Positions 14,069-27,037 of a DNA stretch of 64,000 nt are shown piece after piece. The DNA comes from Lepidodermella squamata (Eukaryota > Animalia > Gastrotricha). The stretch covers positions 806,001 to 870,000 of the forward strand of contig JBLDXI010000001.1 in assembly GCA_047495785.1 (NCBI GenBank), given 5' to 3'. The notes beneath the pieces were generated by a model, which worked only from the letters and a program-made list of their open reading frames with translations, did no database searches and was not told the origin of the DNA. Each line of letters opens with the position of its first letter. The stretch's first letter is position 1. The translations under genes and the position numbers were made by a program.

Positions 14069-14488
14069 CCGGTTCACTCACTCGCATAAAAAATTGATGG
14101 ATTGCCGGAGGCACACGTAATCACTGCTCGCCTCGCAAAATTAAAAAGAAGTCCCACGTTCGTACGACTGAGTATTTTATTCGATTTCGTCGTAATTTAC
14201 CCGTTCATTGCTTATAATGCATAATACGTAGCAAGCAAGTGCGATTATCACACAAATAGGATGCGGAAAAGGCAGGCGTGACTCGCAACTAGAACACCCT
14301 GGATTTTGTAACTCAAGGGTAGATGGAAAAAGGCGATAAAATCAGTAAAAATTACAAAATAACCATCTGGCTAGAAAAATTAAATTATATTTCATTTTAA
14401 TGAGCGAGGTCTTTCCTCTATTGAAGCCTAATGGCACTTCAACCACCGATCCGGAGTCGCACCCAAGTCGTTGGCGCTCGGCTGCTTG
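14069..14488. repeat. ~420-bp direct repeat, copy 1
   Basis: Near-identical to 16298-16719; I see two substitutions and two 1-nt A-run indels. Confidence 0.95.
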
Positions 14489-14618
14489 GGTGATCGACAT
14501 GAAAAACGCCAAAATGGTCATCACAAAAACTGGAAAAGCTGATGAATCCTATCCAATTTTTTCTGCGGCCGTGTCGAACTCGTGCCTGTTTATGACGTTG
14601 TCGGGTGCCCTTTCTGAA

Positions 14619-15719
14619 TCACACTGTACATTTACATATCTTACGCAGAATCGTTCGGCCATTCTCTGACTCGCTGTCACTTTCTTCGCTGTCGACGACA
14701 AATTCTTCAATACATGCTTCGCCACTGTCGGTGTAACAGACTTTCATATCGCTAGATCTTTTCAGACGCAAGCATTTGGAACACAGTTCACGCGCGCCTC
14801 TTTTAAGCTGATCATATCCCTCAAAAAATGATTGATGCTCGCAATCCATCAACGTAAACGATTGATATCGGAACATGAAGAGACCACCTTCGTTCCACAG
14901 TATGTAGTCAGAAATGCAATTCGTATGTTCAGCAAATATCAAAGCCCGTGTTATTTCGTCGAAAAAAGCAACATTGCAGATTTGAAGCATAACTGGCCAC
15001 TGCCAGACATTTGCGTTTACAAGAAAAAGTGATGTCGCAAACGCAACTACATACGCAGTTGTACGCCATTTAAGCTGCTTGAAATTACACAGGAGCAATG
15101 TCAAAATCGGGTATTTGGCCATGACCACTGCATACGTAGTGGCGTGTTCTTGACAGCTAAGACCAATCGATATCAGATCGTCTCTTTGACTGTCGCTGAT
15201 GAAACTTTCCTGAACATGCCTCGTCTTGACGTTCGAAAGGCCTATGCTAAGGCGTGTAGAAGCTTTCTTGATGATTTTCCGATCTGCTGAGATTTCTATC
15301 ATTCCTGTACCAGAAACAGGACTTCCGATTGAATGGATTAACAGCTCTTCACCGAGCAAAACACCCCAATGAACTGTGCTGTTGAGGCTTTGTGTTTCAC
15401 TTTCGTTGCGATATAGTAATATGTAAAGCCGTCCGTCGTCAGATGAAGGTCTGTTTATCAACAGTTGTAACAATAAGCATAAAAAGATGATCGCCAGAAA
15501 TAACGGTGGCCATAAACTGCTCATCAAAAAGGTGATTGTAAAAAAAACGAATTCGGTGTTTCGGCGGGACCAGGATCGTCGAATTTTACGCTTGTTGAAC
15601 GCCCAGACGAAAGACCAGATTTTCCAAATCGCAAACACCAGAAATAATACAGCAAACAGCCGCTCGTCGATTACTGGAATATGTAATTCGATAGGAGCAA
15701 ATTTGATAGATAAATCCAT
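14619..15719 (-). CDS. Multi-pass membrane protein with a permuted papain-like (LRAT/H-box-NC/PPPDE-type) catalytic motif
   Basis: 366-aa ORF with hydrophobic segments on both sides of VHWGVLLGEELLIH ... SCQEHA (His, His, Cys order of permuted NlpC/P60 enzymes). A possible 31-nt terminal intron (14614-14644) would change the C-terminus to ILQRAPDNVINRHEFDTAAEKIG*. Confidence 0.5.
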   Translation of the reverse strand: MDLSIKFAPIELHIPVIDERLFAVLFLVFAIWKIWSFVWAFNKRKIRRSWSRRNTEFVFFTITFLMSSLWPPLFLAIIFLCLLLQLLINRPSSDDGRLYILLYRNESETQSLNSTVHWGVLLGEELLIHSIGSPVSGTGMIEISADRKIIKKASTRLSIGLSNVKTRHVQESFISDSQRDDLISIGLSCQEHATTYAVVMAKYPILTLLLCNFKQLKWRTTAYVVAFATSLFLVNANVWQWPVMLQICNVAFFDEITRALIFAEHTNCISDYILWNEGGLFMFRYQSFTLMDCEHQSFFEGYDQLKRGARELCSKCLRLKRSSDMKVCYTDSGEACIEEFVVDSEESDSESENGRTILRKICKCTV

Positions 15720-16297
15720 TATATTAATTATATAAGCGAGATTACTCGATTAAAAATGAGAGTATGAAATGGACGCAAGTTACAGTTGACTTATCAGAGG
15801 CTCACTTTGCTCTCTGGGGGAGATAAGATAATATATCGACGATATGAGCTGTTTTTTGGGACGGCGACGGGCGATTGCTCGAGTCCGAGGGATCAATCGC
15901 GAACAGTCTGCTTTTATTATTAAATCCATAAATTTCTCTAGCTACGCAAGCTATCTGCCATTCATCACGGTTTCTGACCGCTGTGATGATTTCAGCTAGC
16001 TCCCAATCAGCTAATATTTTAACTTGGTTGCGTCGCAAGTTCAAGGTCGATTTCCTGGATTTTCCCCGCTTTTTTGGTTCATTTGGGTTTCTTATTCTTA
16101 TAATATACCGATTTGATCAGACATCGTTCAACATTATTTAACCACCTGGTTGGTGCATGAGCTTTTATGAGTTGGCCTCCCCAGTGGAAAGAACCACCTT
16201 GGGTCGACCGCCTTCCAGGAATACATTTTGTTTACAAGATTTTCAGTTGTCCTGTCGAATTATATGTCCCAAGTACCTACTTCAACCTTCAACTTCA

Positions 16298-16719
16298 CCG
16301 GTTCACTCACTCGCATAAACAATTGATGGATTGCCGGAGGCACACGTAATCACTGCTCGCCTCGCAAAATTAAAAAGAAGTCCCACGTTCGTACGACTGA
16401 GTATTTTATTCGATTTCGTCGTAATTTACCCGTTCATTGCTTATAATGCATAATACGTAGCAAGCAAGTGCGATTATCACACAAATAGGATGCGGAAAAG
16501 GCAGGCGTGACTCGCAACTAGAACACCCTGGATTTTATAACTCAAGGGTAGATGGAAAAAGGCGATAAAATCAGTAAAAAATTACAAAATAACCATCTGG
16601 CTAGAAAAATTAAAATTATATTTCATTTTAATGAGCGAGGTCTTTCCTCTATTGAAGCCTAATGGCACTTCAACCACCGATCCGGAGTCGCACCCAAGTC
16701 GTTGGCGCTCGGCTGCTTG
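16298..16719. repeat. ~420-bp direct repeat, copy 2 (includes the last codons and 3' UTR of the Cys-rich gene)
   Basis: Direct comparison with 14069-14488. Confidence 0.95.
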
Positions 16720-19700
16720 CGGTTGGCATAGAGCCCACTGAAATTAATAACAAGCATTCATTGCTGAAGTTATTATCAAATAGCAAATTAATCACCTGTT
16801 CGGCAAGTGCTATCCGAGCCGATAAAATTAGGCGGCTGGCAGGCGCAGAATCCATTCAATAGGGTGTCGGGTACTATGCAAGCTTCGTTCGCCCGGCAGT
16901 CGGAAATGCTGTTGCACTGACGCATCACAACCAGTTGGAAACTGGCGAAGGGTTTGTTCTCGCCGTGTTCCATCAACATATCCATAATAAAGCCCTTGTT
17001 AATACCGACCCAACCTCCACCTCCTCCAGCTAGTAACGTAATAAATTCATAAAACTAATAATTTAGCCCAGAAAAATTCCTTACCGATCCTAGGCGGCGG
17101 AACTGTTGTCATCTGGCTCTAGAAAATTATTAAATTGAAATTAAAATCGTGACGTTAAGTGAGAAGATGCGAAGTATGAACATACCATCGGTCGCAGCGT
17201 CTGAAAAATGAATTATTTTCTAATTATGAGATCAAATAATAAGAATATATCGAACTAACCAATGAGGCATTGTTTCTTCTATACGTGGCAAAACAGTCTT
17301 GAGGCGAGGTTGATGCAGGCGGCAGGGTAACAGTTATTCTCGGCGTAGTCATTCCTGGGACAGTTGGATAGATTGGTAGATTACGGCAAAGCCCATCGGT
17401 GTTTCGGAAATTGGGCAGATCAAGATCGTCCGGGCATTGGTAGCAGAATGTCGAGAATGAACACGAACCCAGCCCAGTGATTACGTCATCGCTGTTGTAA
17501 ATCGGATCGACAGCACACGCCTGGCCCTTGGTTCTATTCACTTCGATACCGTCGCGGACGCAGAGCGTCTTAGTGCTGACTATGTAAGACGTAGCGTTGT
17601 AGAAACTGGTATTCGTGCTGCTGTAACGCGAGCCGCATGTGCAACGGCCATTGATACACGCACCGCCTGAGTAGGTGAAACCGGCTCCGCTCTGGCCTCG
17701 AGTTTGGCACTGCGCATCGTTCACGCAGGCGTCGCCGAATTCTCGCCGCAGACACCTAAAAATTATAGATCAAAATGAAATAAATTGAAATAATTGAAAA
17801 TCGGACTTACGTTAAGGTCTTCTCATCCCATTTCTCGTAGTACTGGCGGCACATACAGGTTCCAGAATCGGGTTCGCAGTAGGTTCCCTGGCCATCACAG
17901 TCGCAGTCTAAAACCATAAATTCAATCAAGTGATTACTCTAAATTGTCGAACTCACCGGAAATGCATCGCGATCCATACGCTCTTAACGCAGTTGCACGA
18001 ACACATTTGCCGTTTTGATTCTGAAATATAAACTCCGATTAAAAAATTTGAAATTGGAACTTCGAAATGTTGAACCAAGAAACATGGCTTGCAGTTGACA
18101 ACGCCGAGCATACAAGTCGCATTTGACGGGTAGATTTCGTTCGGCATATCATCGCAATAATCTCCAAGGGTTAACTGGATATCTATCAAATAGACCAACG
18201 TTACACCTCGTTAAGTTAGATAAGTTTTTTTTTACATTGGCTGCACATGCCACTGACTCCCAGTGCATGACATGACTTGCACTGACAAAGGCCTTTCTTG
18301 CACGGAGGATCGACCGAAGCCATAACGCAGTATTCGTTCGTTGAACACTCCGTATCTCGAGCACAAGCTGAATAGAGAACAATTTTCAAGCTCATCGGGC
18401 TAATGTTAGCGAGTTGCTACTTACGGAATCCAACTGTGTTCAGCAATTGCGGAGTTGCCGGAGGCGTCGGAGGAGGTAAAGCTCTTGCCGGTCTCAAATA
18501 GTTGCATTCTAAAACGAGGAAAGTCTATCCCAACTACAGCAAATTTTTCGAAATTCTTACTTAGAGAAGCAGGTGTTGGTGACGCCGTTCCTAAGGTCGA
18601 ATAACAATTTTCTGAGAAATTAAGGTGGGTAATAACTTACGGCATTTTCCGTCATTTCCCTGAGCAGTTGTATCGTCTGGGCATTGGTAGCAAATTTGCT
18701 TCGACCGGCAAACTCCACTGCTGAGAGCCTCAGGCTCACTGCTGAACCAAATCGGGTCCAAATTGCATCGTTCGCCCTTGTTACGGTTCGTAGCCGGCAG
18801 CGATGAGTTGACGACACAAATCGCCTTCTCGCCCATTTCACCCGTCAAAGAGTTGACGACGAAACCAGTTACCACGCGGGAATAGCCGGATGTACAGGCG
18901 CAACGTGCTGAGACGCACTGCCCACCGCTGTAGGTGTAGCCTTGGTAATTCGAGCCAAAAACATTGCATTCAACATTATTGGTACACTATATCGAAGCAA
19001 AATGAGGTGAAAGATTCCAGTCGAGTTATTCTGTATTTACCGTATCGCCAAATTCTCGTTTGATACACATGCCCTTAGTGGTGTCCCACTTTTCGTACTG
19101 ATGGAAGCATTCGCAGACCATGGTTTGCTGGTTGCAGAACATGTTACTGTCGCAATCGCAAACGCTTTTGCACGCGTCGCCAAGCTTTGTTCGGCCGGTT
19201 TTAACGCATTCGGTGCCCTGTTGCCGATAGCAAGCCTTGCACGAGACAAGACCTGATCGGCACATAGCGTTTGCTGGGTAGACTTCGAGCGATGAATTCG
19301 CGCAACCCTCGGCCAGTAATAGTTGAACCACTGAAATGTATTATTAAGGTGGAAAACTATTGTACCTTGTTTCTAACTTACTTGGCATGCATAGTCGGGG
19401 TTGATTGTCGTCCTGAGCGTGGCAAGGTTTGCATTGGCAAATGCCTCGAGTGCAGGGTGGATCGACAAGCGCTCGTTGGCAATACTCGTTGTAGCCACAA
19501 TCCGAGTCGTTAACGCAAACTAGGACACAAATTATACTGAAAATGGCTCCATTGTAAAAAAAAACCACGACTCACTTGTCCCAACACGAACAATCTTCGC
19601 AACTGGCTACAATCAAAAGAAATATTTATATTAAAGCTGTGATATTTGTGCCACTAAATTAGAGGATTCTAGCTCTACATTTTTCGATTTGGAATTTTTT

Positions 19701-22700
19701 CAATTAGTCCTGGAATTTTTAATTCTTATTCTAATTTCAATTTTTAATTTAATTTCAATCGAGCTACCTGGTCTCTCATGAATGTTGGAAAATTCTCATT
19801 GATATTTGAAAAAATCACTGAAGTATTGCTTATAGGTAACGCCAGTATAGGAAATGCAGCATGATATCTAACTAAGAATTGAGATACAATAATTTGAGAG
19901 GTTGAACTCGAAAAAAATATAGGGGAAATCTAGTTTTGAACACTAATTTATTCCTAAACATGTCCCATTAGTCAAATTTCGAAGTACCATAGGACGTGAG
20001 GTGGTTGTAGTCGATGCTGTTGTAGTGGTCAGTCGAAGCGTGGAAGGACGTGGAGTAGTAGTCGAAGTTCGGTTCGGAGTCGTCGGAAGCCAAGGAAAGC
20101 ATTCTAAAAAAATCATAATAGTCACAACAAAATTCCTCAAGAAAGGGTTCAGTTACGCGGATTAGGCGGAACGTCGATCAAAGTTCCTAGAAAATTAGGA
20201 TTTAATGAAAATTATTTTGAAAATTTTAAAATTTTACGGCATTTTCCAATATTCGAATTAACGTTGCCCATGCGGCCGTCTTCAGGGCAGTTGAAACAAA
20301 TCGAATTCTCGGAGCAAACGTAGATTCTCGAGTCACTCGCAAATACCGGGTCAGTCTGACAGGTGCCTCCGCGATCGACATTGATAGTCGACGGGTGTTG
20401 CACGCAAATTGTCCTCTTGCTGTACATACCCTGCGCCAGGTCAACAAAACTCGCCGTGGTTTGCAGGTAATTAGCCGCGCAACCACAACGGCCATCGGTG
20501 GCGCTGCATGCGCCTCCGTAATAAGTGTAACCTTCCTTAATATTGCCGTGAACCGTGCAATCGCCATCAGCCGTGCACTGGTCGCCGAACTCGCGCTTCA
20601 CGCATCGCTCCTTAATTGCGTCCCACTTCATGTAACTCGATGGGCAGGTGCATTTTTGGGTGACGTAGCCGCAGATCAGACCGTTGTCACAGTCAGTTCG
20701 GGTTAGGCAGGGGGCGCCGTAGTAGCCGTTTAGCAAGCTTCTCACACAACCACCAGTCAAAGACTTTAAGCAAATTGAAATGTTTCCAACTTTCTAACAA
20801 AACTGATCCATTAACTCACCGGGCTGTAATGAGGCTTGCACATAACAATGCCGTTATTGCATTCGGAATTCGGCGGGAAAAAAGTCCCAGCCTCTCCAAC
20901 CTTACACGTATCGCCTACGATGTGGTAAGTGGCTGTGATTCGAAATTGGAAATTTAAACAAAATTTTAATTTCAAAGCGGGTTAAATACCTAGTTCGCAC
21001 TGACTCGATTGCGCTGAGATGGTGTAGCAAGGCCGGCAGACGCACGTTCCGGTCATGCATGGCGGATCAATGAAGCGAGCAATGTTGCACATTTCATTTC
21101 GACTGCAATCTTCATTCCTACGGCAGACTGGCAAAAATAAATTCGTAAATTTAAAGATTAGCAAACAATTCAGTTTTACTCACTTTTGCCAACTGTGTTG
21201 TACCTTTTGGCCGATGGAGCCTTGAAAAACGTAATTAGTCAAGACCACGCTCGTCGGATAAAAAATTAACAAACCAGAGGTGGGAGAGCTGTGAAAATGT
21301 TCAGAAAATTATAAAATAAAATGATAACTAAATTCAAACTCACTAGCTGGAATTAAGGTGGATCGAACGTTGCCTAAATAAATTGGAACAAAATAGACCG
21401 CTTGATTTACTATTTGTTCAACATACGGCAGATTCCTTTCCCGTTCTCAAACTTGTCCTCTAAACAGCGGTAGCAAACCAATGGGGCTTTGCATAACGAA
21501 GCAGTTCTATCAAGGCCGCAAGTTGAACCAGCCGTTTGATTGATCGCATATTCCGAGGTGCAAACAGTTTTACTCGCCAAAAATGTATCGCTATCCGCGT
21601 CGAACTCGTTAATTGTGACGAGTGTTGTACCAGCCGGGCAGGCGCACATGTTATTGGCGCATTTCGCCGTGACACCGCCAGACGCAGCCGAGGCGCAGTC
21701 GGTGTCTGAGGCGCAAGCGTCGCCAATGTCCTTTGGAACGCACTTACCCTCACCCGTCGCCATCCATTTGTAGGCCGAGGCGCACGAGCACTGGCCGGCG
21801 GCGCAGACGAGGTCGCCCTCGCAGTCGCTGTCAGCGTTGCATGACGAGTCGATCCAGCCGGTGACCTCCGATCGGCGACAGTCGCCATCGGCGTTGACTG
21901 AGTACTTGGGTCTGCATCGAATAGTGCCGTTCACGCACAAAGCTCCGTCTGGGTAGACAATGCCGGCTGTTTCAGCTATGGCATTACATTGATCTCCGAC
22001 TCTTCGCTTAACGGCTGGAAAAAAGTTTCATAAACCGTCACAATATTCGGGCAAGAATTTTTGTTATCCGACAATGGGTAATTTCATCCGAAGCGAAAAA
22101 ATGACTAAAATATGACAGAAAATTAATCTCGGCTTTAGCCATGGTCAAATAAATTTACCCAATATCCGCATTAGGTTCCGAAGCTTCAAATGGGCGATTC
22201 TCGTTCAACTTTCGTTGAGAGTCGACAGTAAGGTCCCAGATAACTCTGTTACCGTGAATTTCCCGTTAAGTGGTCCTATTGCCTATGAGTCGTTAATAGG
22301 GAACGAGGAATCGCGACTTGGAAATAAACTTAAACCCATTTCGGAGCTTTGGAATTAAGGTGGTTTCCGAAGTTGGGAATAATGGAAGTCAAACGTTTTG
22401 ATAGAAAATATAACTTCGGTCAGATAGGAAAGTTTCCCCCGATAAAGCTCTCTTCAAACTTACTTATAACGCAAAGGTAGCCAAGCTCTGCATTGGGAAC
22501 AAACCCAGGTAAACAGCCGCAGGTTCCCTAAATAAAATTAAATTAAATTAGACAAACTCTTAGAAAAAACTCACTTTTTGACACGGTGGATCGATGTTAA
22601 CCGTTCGAACGCAAATTTCATTAGAACCAGTACACTCGGCATTAGAAGAGCAAACGTTGCCGAAAGTTCCCGCCTTTGCAACGGGCCTTTTCACATTTTT

Positions 22701-23747
22701 GTCAGGAGCTTCACCCGGACAAACTGAAAGTGAAGATGCTAATAAAACCTGATTTATTATTGTCCTGATTTTACTTACGCGGTGGAATTTTCTGTTCGGC
22801 CAAAGCTCGGCAATATCCGTCACTTGGCGTAATATCCGGCCTACGAAGGTCCTCTGGGCATTGGTAGCAGGTAAGTGCTGTGTCGCAGACGTTAATACCC
22901 GTAATGCCAGTGCCCATAAAACCGACACTCGGCGAGCGAATACTGCATCTCTGATAACGCTGGTTGTTAACCGTCGAATTCGCACCCTGGCAAATTGTCT
23001 TTGTTACCAACTGCCCACGGCTGTCAATAATCGAAGCCTGAGTCGGCGTAAGGCCCGCCGCGCAGTTGCAGACACCCGCCCGGCAAACGAGGGAGCCCAT
23101 CAGCGAATCGCCGACCATAGCGTCATTCGGCGCCTGGCAATCTTCATCAAGCGAGCAAAAATCGCCGACTTCTCGCGGCACGCATTGCTCGAGCGTGTTG
23201 TCCCACTTTTTGTACGGATCCGGGCATGTGCACTCGCTGAAGCGAAGGCCGCACACAAGTTGCGAATCGCATGGGTCAGCAAGGCTGCATGGCTGGCCGT
23301 AATCACCGTTGGTTTCGATTCGGACACAAGCTCCGTCGATCCACTTAATTCAAAAAATCAAAAAAATTCCAGCTTAAAAAATTGACTAAGGCTCACAGCA
23401 TGATGTGTTTGGCAAAGGACGATGCCACCTCGGCACACGGCGTGCTTCGGTAGAACAGCCCGGCCGGCCTCGTCATCGCGGCACAGATCGTTCAGCGTCT
23501 TGTAGATGGTTGGCTCGCACTGGCCGGCGTTCAAGTCAAGCGAGAAGCACTGCTTGCAAGCACAGAAACCGGTCATGCATGGCGGATCGACGTGTGTCGA
23601 TATTGCGCATTTTTCATTGAGGCCTGTGCAATCCGAATCGTTTATACACGGCTTCCCGATTGAATTTGCTGCATTTACTGCTTGGAAATTTGTCGATAGA
23701 GCAGCTAAAATGACGGCGCAAATAATGCTGCTAAAAAACAGCTTCAT
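16670..23747 (-). CDS. Large secreted Cys-rich protein (EB-module/EGF-like) with five ~270-aa internal repeats, many exons
   Basis: Signal peptide MKLFFSSIICAVILAALS. The motifs DC..NE.C...DPPC..G.C.C.PC, KWD.....CV.REFGD.C..D.DC, KT.CV and CYQCPED...G.CR recur five times. Linker exons checked at several junctions splice in phase. The last exon ends TCRTVGSMPTASSRAPTTWVRLRIGG*. Confidence 0.8.
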
Positions 23748-24876
23748 CCTAAAATAAATTCGAAATTTTTCGACTCAGTTCAAAATCTCTAGTTCGAAAT
23801 CTTTCGAGATTGTACCTAATTAAGTACGCCTATTTAGGATGAGATGAGGCGTGTGCTTTTAAAAGTTGGCCTCGATTCAACGAAAATTATTCACTTGACA
23901 TGTCATCGCACGATTTATTCCGAATTAATGCTTGACAGATATATAGTACGTAGTACAAAGTTATTGAAAAGAAATATATACCAGCTGCAAAATAAAAACA
24001 AAAATTTGCCTCGTAAACAGGCTATTTGGTCTTTGTCGCAGTTCGTCAAAAAGCGGCGCCTTTTTGAAAAGCCATTTTTCAGGCGGGGCGATATTCATCG
24101 TTGCTTAGCCGCGTCAAGCGTCATCCTTTTCAAAACTAACAAACAAAACAAAACCACTGCGTACACATCTCATACCTACCCCTTCTCAAATCAAAGTCCG
24201 CGATAGGAATGAAGTCGAAATTTTATTGCTGTATAAAAAAATACTCTGACATGGAACCATAAAAAAATGAAATTCAAAGACATTTGGAGGTCATCTCTAG
24301 TATTGATGGGTAAATCCCGGTCTAAAAGCTGATGTAATTGCCTCACTTGATTGGCTTAGCGATGGGCGAGGCCAGATTATCGATGACGTTCGGTCGCAGG
24401 TTTTAAGCCTAAAATATCGGCCTGATTCAGGACTCATGTTGCTGGGCTGTGCATGAAAATTTGAAATTGGAAAGGTCGAAATCTCGAGATCTTCAGGATC
24501 ATGGAAATTCTGGAAAGTTTACTGTCGGTTTTCCTCCATCTTTAAAGGTTTTTCTCCAGACTTCAAAAGCAAAACGTTAGGTTATAGTATTCTTTCATAT
24601 CTACGCTAGCTGACCCAGAAATTAGAGGGTAAAAAACCAAAAATAGCTCCGCGTGAACGTTACACATATAATTTTGTTTGCTTTCTCAAGCTCCTGTGTG
24701 TGTGCCGACTGCGTAGCAATAGCAGGGGTCTGGCGTCAAAAATTAATAATTAGCAAGATAACAATAATAATAAAACTGCGACATACTCGCGTGATGTTAT
24801 TCCTGCGTTCCAAGAAACTTTCGCAAATATAGTAAAATAAAAATATTCTCAAATTTTAAGCAATTTTTTCTGTAAA

Positions 24877-25335
24877 ATGGGGCAATTTGCGACAAGCAAC
24901 GCAACTACAACATGTGTTGGAGTATTTTTGATACTCATCGGAATCGCTATGATAGCCGCGCTGGCTGTAGCTATATACTACATCGCCGCCGAATCGACGT
25001 ACCAAGCGCCGAATAACAAAGATGACTCTTCGTCATCATCAGCATCACGGAACTTAATCATCACCGACAACACGGGTGCTGAGACTACAACAGGCTTCTA
25101 CCAAAACTTCCAATACTCGACCGAAGTTGGCGGCATTATTGTCCGCGAACCTGTCAAGAATCAAACGCAGTGGAATCTGTTAGTAGGCGACCGCGAGAAT
25201 GAAAAATTCGAGATTTTAAAGCCGCAAAACGAAGACCCGATAACTACAGTTCGATCGATTGTGACCTCCAGACGCCTCGGACAAGTCTACGTCACCCGGC
25301 CGAAGAATCGCAGGCGAAACTTCAAGCGAAACTAG
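24877..25335 (+). CDS. MGxF-TM array paralogue 1
   Basis: MGQFATSNATTTCVG + TM helix; carries the VGG..W.L..G.R..E.FEI module. Confidence 0.85.
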   Translation: MGQFATSNATTTCVGVFLILIGIAMIAALAVAIYYIAAESTYQAPNNKDDSSSSSASRNLIITDNTGAETTTGFYQNFQYSTEVGGIIVREPVKNQTQWNLLVGDRENEKFEILKPQNEDPITTVRSIVTSRRLGQVYVTRPKNRRRNFKRN

Positions 25336-25419
25336 AGACTTTGTGATGTCACCGATTAATAAATACGCATTATTTATTTTTTATTTTTATTTTTTTTTTA
25401 GATTTTAACTTATGAACTT

Positions 25420-25899
25420 ATGGGCCAGTTTCCTACCAGTAATTCGGCAACAACATGCGTTGGATTTTGGATTATTCTCATTACGATATTTTCGCTAATT
25501 GCGCTTGGAGTTTTCGCGTATTTCATGATCACGCAGTATCCACATCCGCAAACAGGGCCAACAACTACATCGACGACGCCAACTCCTCCGCAGGATTCTT
25601 CCACTAAATCGGCACAGGCTTTGGTCCTTACGCAGCAGCAGAACGATGCTCAAATTCCGTCGACGGCCAGCGGCAAATCGCAACCTGTCACTGATCAGCG
25701 AGCGGGAACGACGGCTGTTCTGATGCGGAAAAAATGGACGACTTTGAGGAGGAAAGTCTCAAGTACCAAGACCTCGACATCCACGACTACAACGCCGCAA
25801 ACAACGACAACTTCCGAAGAAATTCCGACCCCGCAATGGGTGTCGTATGATGAACTATTCCGAAATCCTGAAAATGCTCGCATTCCATGGTCGTACTAG
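25420..25899 (+). CDS. MGxF-TM array paralogue 2
   Basis: MGQFPTSNSATTCVG + TM + Thr-rich tail. Confidence 0.85.
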   Translation: MGQFPTSNSATTCVGFWIILITIFSLIALGVFAYFMITQYPHPQTGPTTTSTTPTPPQDSSTKSAQALVLTQQQNDAQIPSTASGKSQPVTDQRAGTTAVLMRKKWTTLRRKVSSTKTSTSTTTTPQTTTTSEEIPTPQWVSYDELFRNPENARIPWSY

Positions 25900-26692
25900 G
25901 CCGAAAGCTTGACAATAGCAGTCACTTTTCTACCCGAAATTCCATCAAATATATGCTTTATTTTCTCACAGCTCTTGTAGTTTTTATCAAATTTCGACGC
26001 ATTTCGACTCTTTTTCTGATATAAATCATCTTTCAAATAATAAAATTGCGCATATTTTCTTATGATTCACAACGTTTTTGAGAGAGGTGGTGAAAAAGCT
26101 GTCGATTTTTATAAGCCGAGGCTGAATTGTTCCAGAAAACCTATCAAAGCTGGAAGCTATCAAAAAACCAAAAATCAGAAATACAACCCGCTAGGTTTAT
26201 TGACCCTGATACGTCGATCGATAAGCACCGCATCGGGAAAAATAAGGCAAACAGACACATCATGGGAGAATATCATAGAAACTGGAAATGTTCCGTTTCA
26301 GCCCTCGATTTTTTCGTTTTTATAGTGCAATTTAAAAAATTAGGTTTTACGGTATAAATTAATCATGGAAATCTGAGGCGACAGAAGTTTGCTCTCCGAA
26401 TACCTTCCAATAATTAATTACCTCATCTAGTAGCCCTTTTTCATCTCTTGTAGCGCGTGTATCCAGCCGCGCCGGCTCGTTGCGCTCCAGGATTTTTCTT
26501 CCCTGCTGCGATAATGAAACTGCGCGCAAAAGAAAAAGAGCGTTACGATAACGAACACGCAAACTGCGGCGACAAAAACACAGAGTTATATCCACAAACA
26601 CCTAGCGTGATGTTGCACCACAAAAGTTAACACGGGAAACAAGGCACGGCAGACAATTTTTTCCAACTCAGGTTTTATATATACCGTAGAAC

Positions 26693-27037
26693 ATGGGTAA
26701 ATTTGCGACGACCGACCCGACGACCAACGGCATCGGGGCCTTCAGTATTGTGCTAGGCATCATTCTAATTATCGGTGTCATCGTGCTCATCGTTGTACTT
26801 CAGCCGCTAGCAATGCCGGCTACGACAACCGATTCGCCGCCGACGACAACAACAGCCAGAACAACAACAGCGTTTGTTTCATCGGCGACCAAGTTGAAAT
26901 TTAGCGATTACGAGGGAGCTGTAGCCAGCGTGAAAACCGCCGATCCGAGGCAATTCGTTTCGGTAGAAACAACCGTTCCACCTGCCACTCCCCCGCCTGT
27001 TACACGCCTGGCTTTTCCAAGACTTAGTAGGAGATAA
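26693..27037 (+). CDS. MGxF-TM array paralogue 3
   Basis: MGKFATTDPTTNGIG + TM + Thr/Pro tail. Confidence 0.85.
   Translation: MGKFATTDPTTNGIGAFSIVLGIILIIGVIVLIVVLQPLAMPATTTDSPPTTTTARTTTAFVSSATKLKFSDYEGAVASVKTADPRQFVSVETTVPPATPPPVTRLAFPRLSRR

Noticed and set aside
14069-16719. LTR retrotransposon
   Set aside because: No TG..CA termini, PBS/PPT or gag/pol, and the repeat overlaps the host gene's coding end.
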